Source: an uncultured Planctomycetales bacterium
GTDB taxonomy: Bacteria > Omnitrophota > Gorgyraeia > Zapsychrales > Aceulaceae
Assembly: GCA_964486675.1 (NCBI GenBank)
Contig: CAZAOD010000004.1
Span: 1-58,703, forward strand
Length of the DNA: 58,703 bases
Direction: 5' to 3'
Within the stretch, counting starts at the first letter, position 1; every line of letters begins with the position of its first letter. Below, piece after piece: positions 38,657-47,792 of this stretch. The position numbers and the translations under genes were made by a program. The notes under the pieces were generated by a model. The model did not search any database, had not been told where the DNA came from, and was given only the letters and a program-made list of their open reading frames with translations.

Positions 38657-39664
38657 GTGAGCGTTAAAAAAGTTAGCATTGAAGATGTTGCACAGCGAGC
38701 CGGCGTGTCCATCACGACCGTTTCCCGTGTTATTAATAATTTTCCTACCGTTTCCAAGAAAAACCGTGCCAAGGTCGAAGAAGCAATCGCTCACCTTAAT
38801 TTTAAACCAAATGTAAGCGCTCAGCGTCTCGCACGTGGACTTAATACCGCGGTTGGTTTGGTCATGCCTGGCTACCCTGGCATTTTTCATTCTTTCTATG
38901 CGATCGAGATCATCCGTGGAATCGGACATGCATGTGAAACGCTTCATTTGGATCTTGTCTTTCATATTACCAATGGCATGAATCCTTTGAATACTAGCAA
39001 TGTTGGCGGCGTTATTTTTGCAGATATCATTGAAAACCGTAAACAGCTAGAGTCGATCCTCTCGGAAGGGATCCCATGCATGGTTATCAACAACATCGTA
39101 GATGATCTTAAGGTGAACTTTATTGCTGTCGATAACTTAAAAGGCGCAGAGATGGCGGTCGATTACCTTTTTGGGTTAGGCCACACGAAGATCGCAACGG
39201 TGACAGGAAGCCTGCAAACACAAGGCGGTGTTCATCGTTTTGATGGATATAAAAGCGGCCTGAAGCAAAAAGGTCTTGTTTTTACGGAAGATTATGTGTA
39301 TGAAGGTGATTATTCTCGTCGGTCCGCGAGAATAGGCCTTGAGAAGTTTTTGTCTCTTAGAGAGAATCGTCCAACCGCCATCTTTGCCGCTAGCGATGAT
39401 ATGGCATCAGAGATCATTAACGTGGCCATTGAACAAGGGCTCAGAGTCCCTAGGGATCTTTCCGTGATCGGTTTTGATGACAACCCTATAGGATTGTATG
39501 GCTCTGTAAGCTTAACAACTATTCGACAACCTCTTTTTAAAATGGCCGAGGAGGCTGTGAGGCAGCTGAACGCGATCGTTTCCGGACGTCGACATTCACC
39601 TGTTAAACAAGTCTTGGCGCCTGAGTTAGTGGTCCGAGAGTCGTGCGCATCCCCAGGCGCCTAA
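38657..39664 (+). CDS. LacI family transcriptional regulator
   Basis: N-terminal HTH VSIEDVAQRAGVSITTVSRVINN plus a periplasmic-binding-protein-like sugar-binding core. GTG start. Confidence 0.9.
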   Translation: MSVKKVSIEDVAQRAGVSITTVSRVINNFPTVSKKNRAKVEEAIAHLNFKPNVSAQRLARGLNTAVGLVMPGYPGIFHSFYAIEIIRGIGHACETLHLDLVFHITNGMNPLNTSNVGGVIFADIIENRKQLESILSEGIPCMVINNIVDDLKVNFIAVDNLKGAEMAVDYLFGLGHTKIATVTGSLQTQGGVHRFDGYKSGLKQKGLVFTEDYVYEGDYSRRSARIGLEKFLSLRENRPTAIFAASDDMASEIINVAIEQGLRVPRDLSVIGFDDNPIGLYGSVSLTTIRQPLFKMAEEAVRQLNAIVSGRRHSPVKQVLAPELVVRESCASPGA

Positions 39665-39692
39665 AACGACCCATTTTTCCCGAACTGAATGA

Positions 39693-39721
39693 TTGACAAT
39701 TTTTGATTTAAAAGTTATTCT
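39693..39721 (+). promoter_or_regulatory. candidate promoter for mnmG-thiE
   Basis: TTGACA (39693-39698), N17, TATTCT (39716-39721). Confidence 0.35.
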
Positions 39722-39769
39722 GTTTAGCGCTTATCATAGGACAGGATGTATTTTTTGCAGGGATTTGCT

Positions 39770-39937
39770 ATGAATAAATTCATTATGATCATGATGTATG
39801 CGTTGTGGACCCTGACCTTGATCGGGATCTTGGTGGTGACGTTCACAAGCTTCCAGTATCCAGACCTTAATATCGTTGTCCTCTTGTTGACCGTTTTCGC
39901 TTTAATCAACACCTATTTTTCTCTTAAACATAAATAG
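39770..39937 (+). CDS. small 2-TM membrane protein (hypothetical)
   Basis: MNKFIMIMMYALWTLTLIGILVVTF... with two hydrophobic helices. Coding status uncertain. Confidence 0.3.
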   Translation: MNKFIMIMMYALWTLTLIGILVVTFTSFQYPDLNIVVLLLTVFALINTYFSLKHK

Positions 39938-39946
39938 AGTTATTTT

Positions 39947-41830
39947 ATGAAGCAGTATGAATGCATTGTCGTTGGCGCTGGCCATGCAGGTATTGAAGCT
40001 GCCTTAGCAGCAAGCCGCATGGGATGCAAGACGCTTATCATCAACATGTCATTTGATACCATTGGCGAGATGAGCTGTAATCCAGCGATCGGTGGTGTTG
40101 GAAAGGGTCAACTTGTTAAGGAGATCGACGCTCTTGGCGGAGAAATGGGGAGGGCCGCTGACGCGACGGGCATTCAATTCCGCCGGCTTAACGCTTCTAA
40201 AGGTGCCGCGGTGAGATCCTCTCGCTGTCAGTCAGATCGAAAAAGATACAAACTTTATATGCAGGATGTCGTTAAGCATCAAGAAAACCTAGAGTTCTTT
40301 GCGGGCAAGGTCGGCGATATATTGGTGCAGGATGACAAAGTGATCGGTATTAAGACAGAGGATGGCACGCCTATCTTAGCCGCGACGGTCATATTGACTC
40401 CTGGGACTTTTTTGAATGGCAAGGTTCACATCGGGCCAAAAACTTTCTCTGCTGGGCGCATCAACGAAGAGGGCGCGACGCTTCTTGCGCGTTCTTTGAA
40501 AGATAATGGGTTTCGCTTGATGAGTTTTAAGACTGGAACACCGCCGCGCTTAGATGGCGAGACGATCGATTTTCAGCATTTGACGCGCCAAGACTCAGAC
40601 GACCCTCCGCTGCCATTCTCGTTTGCAACTGCCAAGATCCCCTTGGAGCAGAAATTGCTGCCTTGCTATATAACGACGACCAACGAAAAGACGCATGATA
40701 TTATTCGGGCTAATCTTCATTTGTCCCCTATGTATTCAGGCAAGATCCAGTCAACGGGTGTGCGGTATTGTCCTTCTATTGAAGATAAGCTTGTAAAATT
40801 CGCGAGCAAGCAACAGCACCATGTCTTTTTAGAGCCCGAAGGATTGGACACGAATCTTTATTATCCGAATGGCATTTCAACAGGATTGCCGGAGGATGTT
40901 CAGGAAAAAATGGTTCATTCGATCAAAGGATTGGAGCGCGTGAAGATCGTTCGCTTCGGTTATTCCATTGAGCATGATGTCATTGACGCCACACAGTTGA
41001 ACGCTAGCTTGGAGAGCAAGCATCTTTTGGGGTTGTTCTTTGCGGGGCAGATCAATGGAACGACTGGATACGAAGAAGCTGCCGCGCAGGGGATCGTCGC
41101 TGGGATCAATGCCGCGCTGAGGGTCAAGGGCCAAGGCTCTTTTGTCTTAGGCCGTGATGAAGCGTATATCGGCGTTTTGATCGATGACCTTATTACCAAG
41201 GGAACACAGGAACCCTATCGAATGTTCACGTCTCGCGTAGAATATCGCTTGCTTGTTCGAGAGGATAACGCTGATAAGCGTATGGCTAGTTACGCGCATC
41301 AATTCGGCCTCATGAGCGAGGAACAATATAAGAGGGTTGAGGAAAAGTATGCCACGGTCGATCAAATGATCAGCCAACTAAAGGAAAAGAGAGTAGCTCC
41401 AGGGCCGCAGATGGACGATCTCTTTGAGAAATATAAAAGCGCGCCTTTACGCCATGTTGCGACCCTAAGTGAGGTCCTTAAGCGTCCTGAGATGACTTTT
41501 GATGCGATCGCTGATCTGATAGAGGATAGGGTAGGATTTTCGCGGGAGGTGATCGATCAGGTCGAGTATGATATTAAATATGAAGGATTTATCGCCCGTC
41601 AGAAGAAAGACATCGAGAAATTTAAATACTTGGAAAAGATCAAGATCCCCATTGAGATCAATTATGAGGAGATCTTTAGCTTGTCCATTGAAACGCGGCA
41701 AAAACTGCAGCGTTTTAGGCCAGCTACCTTGGGTCAGGCTAACCGTATTTCAGGGGTAACCCCAGCCGCTATCTCAATTTTAATGGTATATCTCAAGAAG
41801 CGTTCTTTAGAACAAGAAGGAAGGAAATGA
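39947..41830 (+). CDS. mnmG: tRNA uridine 5-carboxymethylaminomethyl modification enzyme MnmG (GidA)
   Basis: VVGAGHAGIEAA FAD motif, NPAIGG.GKG.LV.E.DALGG, GQINGT.GYEEAAAQG. Confidence 0.93.
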   Translation: MKQYECIVVGAGHAGIEAALAASRMGCKTLIINMSFDTIGEMSCNPAIGGVGKGQLVKEIDALGGEMGRAADATGIQFRRLNASKGAAVRSSRCQSDRKRYKLYMQDVVKHQENLEFFAGKVGDILVQDDKVIGIKTEDGTPILAATVILTPGTFLNGKVHIGPKTFSAGRINEEGATLLARSLKDNGFRLMSFKTGTPPRLDGETIDFQHLTRQDSDDPPLPFSFATAKIPLEQKLLPCYITTTNEKTHDIIRANLHLSPMYSGKIQSTGVRYCPSIEDKLVKFASKQQHHVFLEPEGLDTNLYYPNGISTGLPEDVQEKMVHSIKGLERVKIVRFGYSIEHDVIDATQLNASLESKHLLGLFFAGQINGTTGYEEAAAQGIVAGINAALRVKGQGSFVLGRDEAYIGVLIDDLITKGTQEPYRMFTSRVEYRLLVREDNADKRMASYAHQFGLMSEEQYKRVEEKYATVDQMISQLKEKRVAPGPQMDDLFEKYKSAPLRHVATLSEVLKRPEMTFDAIADLIEDRVGFSREVIDQVEYDIKYEGFIARQKKDIEKFKYLEKIKIPIEINYEEIFSLSIETRQKLQRFRPATLGQANRISGVTPAAISILMVYLKKRSLEQEGRK

Positions 41831-42450
41831 TCCTCAAAGGTTTTTACTTTATCACGGATCACGTGTTGACACGGCAAGGGGTTGTAAGAGATGTCCAGAG
41901 CGCTTTGAAAGCAGGGGTGGCAGCTGTTCAATATCGTAAGAAAGACGGAGATAAGGATTTGATGATCGCTGAGGCCAAAGAGATCCGTCGTCTTTGCCAG
42001 AAGGCCCTGTTCATTGTTAATGATCTTCTTGATGTAGCTGAGGCTTCTCAGGCAGACGGGCTGCATATTGGCCAGATAGATATTCCTTGCGTTCAGGCGC
42101 GCGCAGTTCTTGGGCGCGAAAAGATCATTGGTGTTAGTGTTGCTAGCCTTGATCAAGCGCAGCGTGCCTATGATATGGGAGCTGACTATCTTGGAGTTGG
42201 TCCGATCTTCGCGACAGCGACTAAGAAAGATGCTGCCTTGCCTTGTGGCACCGCATTGATCCGCAGCATTAAAAAGATATGTCCTTTGCCAATTGTGGCG
42301 ATCGGTGGCATTACACTTGAGAATGCGGCAGAAGTCCTTGAAGCGGGAGCGGACAGCCTTTGCGCTATTTCTGCAACGGTCGCAAGCGTAAGCGTCCAGG
42401 AGAGCATTCAGCTTTTTAACAAGGTCTTTGAGAGGAAGGATAGTCGGTAA
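41827..42450 (+). CDS. thiE: thiamine-phosphate synthase
   Basis: YFITD, GADYLGVGPIFATATK, VAIGGI. ATGA overlap with mnmG. Confidence 0.88.
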   Translation: MILKGFYFITDHVLTRQGVVRDVQSALKAGVAAVQYRKKDGDKDLMIAEAKEIRRLCQKALFIVNDLLDVAEASQADGLHIGQIDIPCVQARAVLGREKIIGVSVASLDQAQRAYDMGADYLGVGPIFATATKKDAALPCGTALIRSIKKICPLPIVAIGGITLENAAEVLEAGADSLCAISATVASVSVQESIQLFNKVFERKDSR

Positions 42451-42658
42451 TTTCTTTATCGTCGGTAAAAAAGCAAAAAACTGGTACCAAAAAAAATCTT
42501 GATTATTTTTGTTTTGCGGATATACTTTTAAACAATCTTTTGATAATAAATGTCACAGATGGCTTAAAAAATATTATTTTTCCTTGCATTTTAATCACGT
42601 TTTTATAACATAAGTAGTGAAAGCATTACTTAGCGATCAGAAAGGAAGGATACAATCG

Positions 42659-43114
42659 ATGGCCAATCAAGTTTTTGGTTATCAGCTGTTGCTCGATCTT
42701 TACGGATGCAAAGAGGGAACATGTGACGATCTTTCATTATGCTATCAGTTTCTCGATGAGATCGTTGAGAAGTTGGGCATGGAAAAACAGTCACCGCCAA
42801 GCATTTTTCGAAGCGATGCTACACGTTTTCCCGATAAGGCCGGTCTCTCGGGTTGGGCGCCTTTAATCGAAAGTTCGATCGTTATCCACACACTATCCCC
42901 TAAGAATTATATTTCTATTGATGTCTATTGTTGCAAAGCCTTTGATTCAGAGGTAGCGCGAGAGATGTGCCGTAAATTCTTTAATCCTTCCAAGATCGAT
43001 GACCAGTATATCGAGCGCGGCTTGGATTATTACAAAACAGATAGCACGTATCATACGATGACCGTTACCAGAAATACTAGCGAAGAACCTGAGGTTGTTC
43101 TAAGTCGTAAATAG
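42659..43114 (+). CDS. S-adenosylmethionine decarboxylase-related pyruvoyl proenzyme (small bacterial SpeD/SpeH type)
   Basis: LLLDLYGC...; candidate self-cleavage site LIE-SSIVIHTLSP; IDVYCCKAF. AAAGGAAGGA RBS before ATG 42659. Confidence 0.65.
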   Translation: MANQVFGYQLLLDLYGCKEGTCDDLSLCYQFLDEIVEKLGMEKQSPPSIFRSDATRFPDKAGLSGWAPLIESSIVIHTLSPKNYISIDVYCCKAFDSEVAREMCRKFFNPSKIDDQYIERGLDYYKTDSTYHTMTVTRNTSEEPEVVLSRK

Positions 43115-43136
43115 TTTCTGCAAAAAAAGGTGTGTC

Positions 43137-43175
43137 AGGGCCCCGCAGAGATCCTGCGGGGCCCTTTTCATTTTC
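43137..43175 (+). terminator. intrinsic terminator
   Basis: AGGGCCCCGCAG / CTGCGGGGCCCT 12-bp GC-rich stem, 5-nt loop, then TTTTCATTTT. Confidence 0.85.
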
Positions 43176-43260
43176 GCAAGATTTCTTTTACTCCTAAAGA
43201 TCACCATGATACAATCAAGTCGCTTTTTAAATGAGGCCATTTCTTAACAGAAGGATGTCC

Positions 43261-43485
43261 ATGACTAAGATCAATGAACTTATTGAGTGGGATTATTTGG
43301 GATCACATTGCAGTCTGTATATCAAGCATTTCCGCGATGAAGAAGGCAACAAGGGTGTGACGATGATCTTTGAGGATGTCACGCACGATAAGGTTGCGGA
43401 GATCGTTATCCCCGCGCGGAAATTCTCGACATTTTTACGCGTTATCAATGACAGCAATCGGTATTCCAATAGCATTCTCCCGTAA
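43261..43485 (+). CDS. hypothetical small protein
   Basis: 74-aa ORF after a GAAGGA RBS. No family recognised. Confidence 0.4.
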   Translation: MTKINELIEWDYLGSHCSLYIKHFRDEEGNKGVTMIFEDVTHDKVAEIVIPARKFSTFLRVINDSNRYSNSILP

Positions 43486-43532
43486 CCGGCCTTAGCTAAC
43501 ATAGGACACATTAACGCGAAAGGATCCCCGTT

Positions 43533-44141
43533 ATGTGTTGTTCTGGATCAAAGATCGTTTTTGTTGTTGCCTGGTGTTCTTTATTTGCCGCAGGCCTATT
43601 TCTTTTCTATTTTCTTAAAAGCCGTCATCATTTTATTTTATTGCAAGCCCAAGCGATCAAACGCGGCGGCACGATGAGCTCTCACGCGCTGATTTTTCCT
43701 AAGCTTATTTTTCACTGGCAGAATTATCAGATCACATCGTTTATTACCTTGCCGGCAAAAACAAATCCAACTTTTGTCGTTGTGTCTGTCGCCGTACATC
43801 CCATCAAGCCGTGTGGTTTTGTTGTTGAACGTAGAAATCCTTGGATCCCAGGCCTGAATATTGTTTTTGGATCAAAGAAAATACCCACAGGATCCCTTAT
43901 TTTTGACCAAGAGTTCACTGTTTTGAGAAGAGGCAACGAAGATCTCGGGCCGATCCTTGATCCGCAGGTCCAAGAGATGCTGTTGGCTATTAAAGCGCAG
44001 AACCCTTTGATCAGCCTTGAGAAGAGTGTCCTGACCATCCGTGCGACACATTCAGCGCACAACGCGCAAGAGATCGAGGCGCTGATTGATCTTGCGATCG
44101 TTTTCCTTCAGCGATTGAAAGACCTGTCTTTTATTGTTTAG
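43533..44141 (+). CDS. hypothetical membrane-anchored protein
   Basis: One N-terminal TM helix (IVFVVAWCSLFAAGLFLFYF). No family recognised. Confidence 0.45.
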   Translation: MCCSGSKIVFVVAWCSLFAAGLFLFYFLKSRHHFILLQAQAIKRGGTMSSHALIFPKLIFHWQNYQITSFITLPAKTNPTFVVVSVAVHPIKPCGFVVERRNPWIPGLNIVFGSKKIPTGSLIFDQEFTVLRRGNEDLGPILDPQVQEMLLAIKAQNPLISLEKSVLTIRATHSAHNAQEIEALIDLAIVFLQRLKDLSFIV

Positions 44142-44150
44142 GCCGGATTT

Positions 44151-45050
44151 ATGGCTTATAAGCCAACGAACAACCTTTTTAAGATCCTTGGCGTTACCAT
44201 TGCCGCTGCGTGCTTATTTTTTTATATCTTTATGAACAATAAGGATCTTCCGAGGAGGGCCTTTTTAAGGGTCAAGGGCCAGCTCATTGATGTCCATTTG
44301 CAAACTCGCCAGACCCAAGGAGCAGCCGCTATTGTCAAAACAGAGCGATGGGGTCCTGGGCAGACAGCTATTATTGTCATTGATATGTGGGATCAGCATT
44401 GGCATCAATGTCGCATCGGCGATCGTATCCAGGAACTAGCGCCAGCTATTAACTGTTTTCTTGTTGCGGCACGAAAGAAAAACATCCTCGTTATCCATGC
44501 CCCTAGCGACGTTGTGTGGCATTATGAAAGTCATCCCGCGCGCAAAAAAGTCCAGAAAATTCCTCAAGCAAAAGGCTCAAGGGATTTTTTCAGCAAAGAA
44601 AGCAAAGGCCTGCCCATTGAAAGCCGAGAAGAAGGGCAGCAAATAGATGCCTTGGTCCAGGGCTGTTCATGGGGTTGTGTCCGAGGCCAGCCCTGGACAC
44701 AACAAAACGAGGTGATCAAGATAAAAGATCATGATCTCATAACAGCCAAGGGTGGCGAGATCTGGAGCATCCTCGAGTTTTATGGCATCAAAAATATTAT
44801 TGTTGTTGGAGTTCACGCGGATGGCTGTATTCTTTCGCGCAGCTTTGGCTTGCATAATCTTGTGCGATCAGGCAAGAGGGTTGTCTTGTGCCGCGACCTT
44901 ACGGATGTCCTTTACGATGACCAGGGCAGGATAGGCGTTCATGCTCAAGCTCTCCAGAAGGCCCTTGTGTATATTGAAGAGAATATTTGCCCAACGATGT
45001 TATCAAGCGACATTACATATAAACCTTCGTTCCAGTTTGTCGATCGGTGA
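44151..45050 (+). CDS. isochorismatase-like cysteine hydrolase with an N-terminal signal anchor
   Basis: AIIVIDMWDQHW (catalytic Asp block) and IIVVGVHADGCILSRS (catalytic Cys block). N-terminal TM helix ILGVTIAAACLFFYIF. Confidence 0.5.
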   Translation: MAYKPTNNLFKILGVTIAAACLFFYIFMNNKDLPRRAFLRVKGQLIDVHLQTRQTQGAAAIVKTERWGPGQTAIIVIDMWDQHWHQCRIGDRIQELAPAINCFLVAARKKNILVIHAPSDVVWHYESHPARKKVQKIPQAKGSRDFFSKESKGLPIESREEGQQIDALVQGCSWGCVRGQPWTQQNEVIKIKDHDLITAKGGEIWSILEFYGIKNIIVVGVHADGCILSRSFGLHNLVRSGKRVVLCRDLTDVLYDDQGRIGVHAQALQKALVYIEENICPTMLSSDITYKPSFQFVDR

Positions 45051-45127
45051 CGTGTTTGTTTTTGGCTTATTTTTTTTGCGTGGAACTTTTTGCTCCTAAG
45101 GCTTGTCTAAGATAATGAGGAAGAGAT

Positions 45128-45688
45128 ATGGTCGACATCGCTCGCGAAACAATAGAACGCGCGGCCCAAGGGGACATGGCAGCTTTTGAAGAAATTTATA
45201 AAGCCGCAAGCCCTTTTGTGTATAACGTTGCTTTACGCATTGCGTCTAACAGCATGGACGCGCAAGAGGTCACACAGGATGTTTTTATGAAAATTTATCA
45301 CAATTTGAAAGATTTTCGGTTCGCTTCAACGTTTAAAACATGGGCTTATCGGATAACGGTCAACATGGCGATCAGCCATTATCGTAAGCGCGCCAAGGAA
45401 AAACAAAGTCGTGTTTATAATGAATATATTTTAGAGTCGACGCCTTCGGATTCTTCAGCGGATGAAAAAGCTCTGCAGGGCGATCGCGAGGTACAGCTTA
45501 ATGCTTTGCTCAGCGCTTTGACACCGGAGCATAGAACTTGTTTAGTTTTGCGTGAAATCGAAGGGTTGAATTATCAGCAAATGGCAACTGTCTTAAAGAT
45601 TCCTATCAATACTGTGCGCTCGCGGCTTAAGCGCGCGCGCCAATCCTTATGGGAACAAGCCAGAAAGGAGCCTAAAAATGACTTGTGA
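45128..45688 (+). CDS. ECF (sigma-70 group 4) RNA polymerase sigma factor
   Basis: Region 2 (FKTWAYRITVNMAISHYRKR) and region 4 HTH (LREIEGLNYQQMATVLKIPINTVRSRLKRAR). Confidence 0.9.
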   Translation: MVDIARETIERAAQGDMAAFEEIYKAASPFVYNVALRIASNSMDAQEVTQDVFMKIYHNLKDFRFASTFKTWAYRITVNMAISHYRKRAKEKQSRVYNEYILESTPSDSSADEKALQGDREVQLNALLSALTPEHRTCLVLREIEGLNYQQMATVLKIPINTVRSRLKRARQSLWEQARKEPKNDL

Positions 45689-46160
45689 TGATATTAAAGA
45701 TATTTTAAAAGGTGATTATTTGGATGGTGAGCTTAGCGTCCAAGAGCGCGAGTTTGTCGCGCGGCATTTGGCTCAGTGCGCGGCTTGTAGAGTCTTTGAG
45801 GAGGACCTGCAGACGCAGCGACGCATTTTCCAGCAAGCTGTCTATAAAAAACCGCCGGCACAGATATGGAATAATGTTCAGGCTGCCATCGAGAAAGAAC
45901 AAATAGCTCAAGAGCGGAGCGTGAAGGGACGCTTAATATCGTTTTTCGAAATATTGTTTGCGCCGCGCCCTTTTTTTGCCTTAGGCAGTGCGTTTGCGAT
46001 CGTTTTTCTTGTCATTACACTCACTATTGGCCTTCGGTTTAACCAACAACAATTGAGCCATGCGGAAAGTTTGACGAACTTTGTCAGCTATGATGTTCGT
46101 ATGGAAAATTCAGATTTTGTATCGGACTTTGGAACTAACATCGAAAAATTTCTTTTGTAG
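45678..46160 (+). CDS. anti-sigma factor (zf-HC2, single-pass)
   Basis: Overlaps the sigma gene. H-x3-C-x2-C (HLAQCAAC) and a central TM helix. Confidence 0.8.
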   Translation: MTCDDIKDILKGDYLDGELSVQEREFVARHLAQCAACRVFEEDLQTQRRIFQQAVYKKPPAQIWNNVQAAIEKEQIAQERSVKGRLISFFEILFAPRPFFALGSAFAIVFLVITLTIGLRFNQQQLSHAESLTNFVSYDVRMENSDFVSDFGTNIEKFLL

Positions 46161-46210
46161 GGAACTTTTTGATGATCAGCCTTGTCAAAGGAAGTGAAAG
46201 GGGGTGCGCA

Positions 46211-46747
46211 ATGCACAGAATTAAAACGATGATCGCTGTCAGCGTTGCTACTTTTTTTATGGCGGGGGTGGCTTTTGCTCAGCCCATGGAAGAAGGAGTG
46301 GCTTATCGCCAAAAGAATATCAAGGAGGCCATACATAAAAAGCTTGGCTTGACTCCAGAGCAGCAACAAAAGCTTGAAGAAAATCGTAAGGCCCAGGAGG
46401 AAGCGATGAAAAAACTCCATGAAGGGATGAAGCAACAGCGAGAAAAACTTCAAGAAGCACTGAAGAACCCAGAAGCCACCCGAGCGAGCGTTGAACCTAT
46501 CGTTACGGAAATGAAATCGTTACAGGCACAATTGATCGATCAGCGCATGAACGGGATTTTTACAGCAAAGTCTATCTTGACCCCAGAACAATTCGCGCAG
46601 TTCAATGAAATGGCTGGGAAACATTTAGCAGCAGGAAAAGGAAAGATGCGCGAAAGATCAAAGCAGCGTAAAGGAACGTGGTTCCGAAAAGGCGACGATG
46701 AAGATCTTTTTGACGAGCCACCGCTTCCACCGTCACAGGAGGAATAA
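46211..46747 (+). CDS. periplasmic Spy/CpxP-family (LTxxQ) protein
   Basis: Signal peptide ending AFAQP. Two LTPEQ motifs. Charged helical sequence. AAAGGGGG RBS before ATG 46211. Confidence 0.7.
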   Translation: MHRIKTMIAVSVATFFMAGVAFAQPMEEGVAYRQKNIKEAIHKKLGLTPEQQQKLEENRKAQEEAMKKLHEGMKQQREKLQEALKNPEATRASVEPIVTEMKSLQAQLIDQRMNGIFTAKSILTPEQFAQFNEMAGKHLAAGKGKMRERSKQRKGTWFRKGDDEDLFDEPPLPPSQEE

Positions 46748-46782
46748 ATTCGATCAAGGGGTATTGCAGGGAATCGTGCAGA

Positions 46783-46822
46783 AAAAAAGGCCAAGGAGAG
46801 TTGTTCTCCTTGGCCTTTTTAA
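46783..46822. terminator. bidirectional intrinsic terminator between convergent genes
   Basis: AAAAAAA-GGCCAAGGAGA / TCTCCTTGGCC-TTTTT. Confidence 0.85.
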
Positions 46823-46830
46823 AGACGGAT

Positions 46831-47787
46831 CTATACGCCCAGCAGGGCTCTTAAGGTTGTTCGTGCGGTATCCATGATACCGTTGGATTTTGTGAAAAGA
46901 TGATCGTATTCGTTGCTAAAGACAATATATTGCTTCTCAAATTCTTTATCGCTGATATTGTCAATTTTCTTAGGCTGCTTGATCTCTCGCCAGAGCAATG
47001 ACAACATTCGTTCGATCCGCTCGATCTGATCAATGCAACTTCGGTAGTTCCTGAACGATTTGTTATCGGATAGGGTTCCTAGAAGAGGCGTGGCGATATT
47101 GTACCGCCATTTGGCCTCATCATAATTCCAGCTTTTAATAAGAAAATTTAATGTTTGCTCATAAGCAAAGTTGCGATGATTAATGATCAGATCGCGCAAG
47201 ACAGATGTTTTGATGTTCAAGAATTCTGATCGAGGCCTGTTTAGAGGTAGCGATTTAATGCTCTTTGATATTTCCGGGAACCAGTTGGCCAAAAGAGAAT
47301 ATGTTCCATATGTATCTACTAAGCTTTTGGCGCTATATTGATCACCGGTACGAAAATCCCCGATCGCGATATCCGCTTCCGAGGTCTCGATAAAGCTGCT
47401 GAGATTCTCGTAAAAGTCCGTGTCTTCTTCCACAAAGTCAATATCGCCAGGTATCTGAACGATCCTGTCAACGTTGGGGTGATTATCCAGGATGTGCCCC
47501 CACCCCGCGAGCCATGTTTGGCATGTGTCCACGGACCAGGTTTGCAAGACCTCAAGATTCCCGCACCGTTCATCTTTTAAGAAAGACGCGGCATGCTGGC
47601 GGATAATAGTATCTCTGGGGAGGACGACGATCGGTTTTGGGTCGATCTCTTTGCACTTATCGATGGTCCACCAGAAATACCATTCACACTTTTTATTGTT
47701 CTCATATCCCAAATAAGGGAAAATGATCAGCGGTTTTGCGTTCATATGTTTTGAGTTAGTCTTTTTAACCATGCTGTTATCGATCAA
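46831..47787 (-). CDS. hypothetical protein, possible GT-A-like glycosyltransferase (DxD: IPGDIDF)
   Basis: 318-aa soluble ORF, 5 bp downstream of the GPH transporter gene. Only a weak DxD-type resemblance. Confidence 0.35.
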   Translation of the reverse strand: MIDNSMVKKTNSKHMNAKPLIIFPYLGYENNKKCEWYFWWTIDKCKEIDPKPIVVLPRDTIIRQHAASFLKDERCGNLEVLQTWSVDTCQTWLAGWGHILDNHPNVDRIVQIPGDIDFVEEDTDFYENLSSFIETSEADIAIGDFRTGDQYSAKSLVDTYGTYSLLANWFPEISKSIKSLPLNRPRSEFLNIKTSVLRDLIINHRNFAYEQTLNFLIKSWNYDEAKWRYNIATPLLGTLSDNKSFRNYRSCIDQIERIERMLSLLWREIKQPKKIDNISDKEFEKQYIVFSNEYDHLFTKSNGIMDTARTTLRALLGV

Positions 47788-47792
47788 TGGTT

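Noticed and set aside
41734-42156. 140-aa minus-strand ORF
   Set aside because: It is antisense to the mnmG end and thiE.
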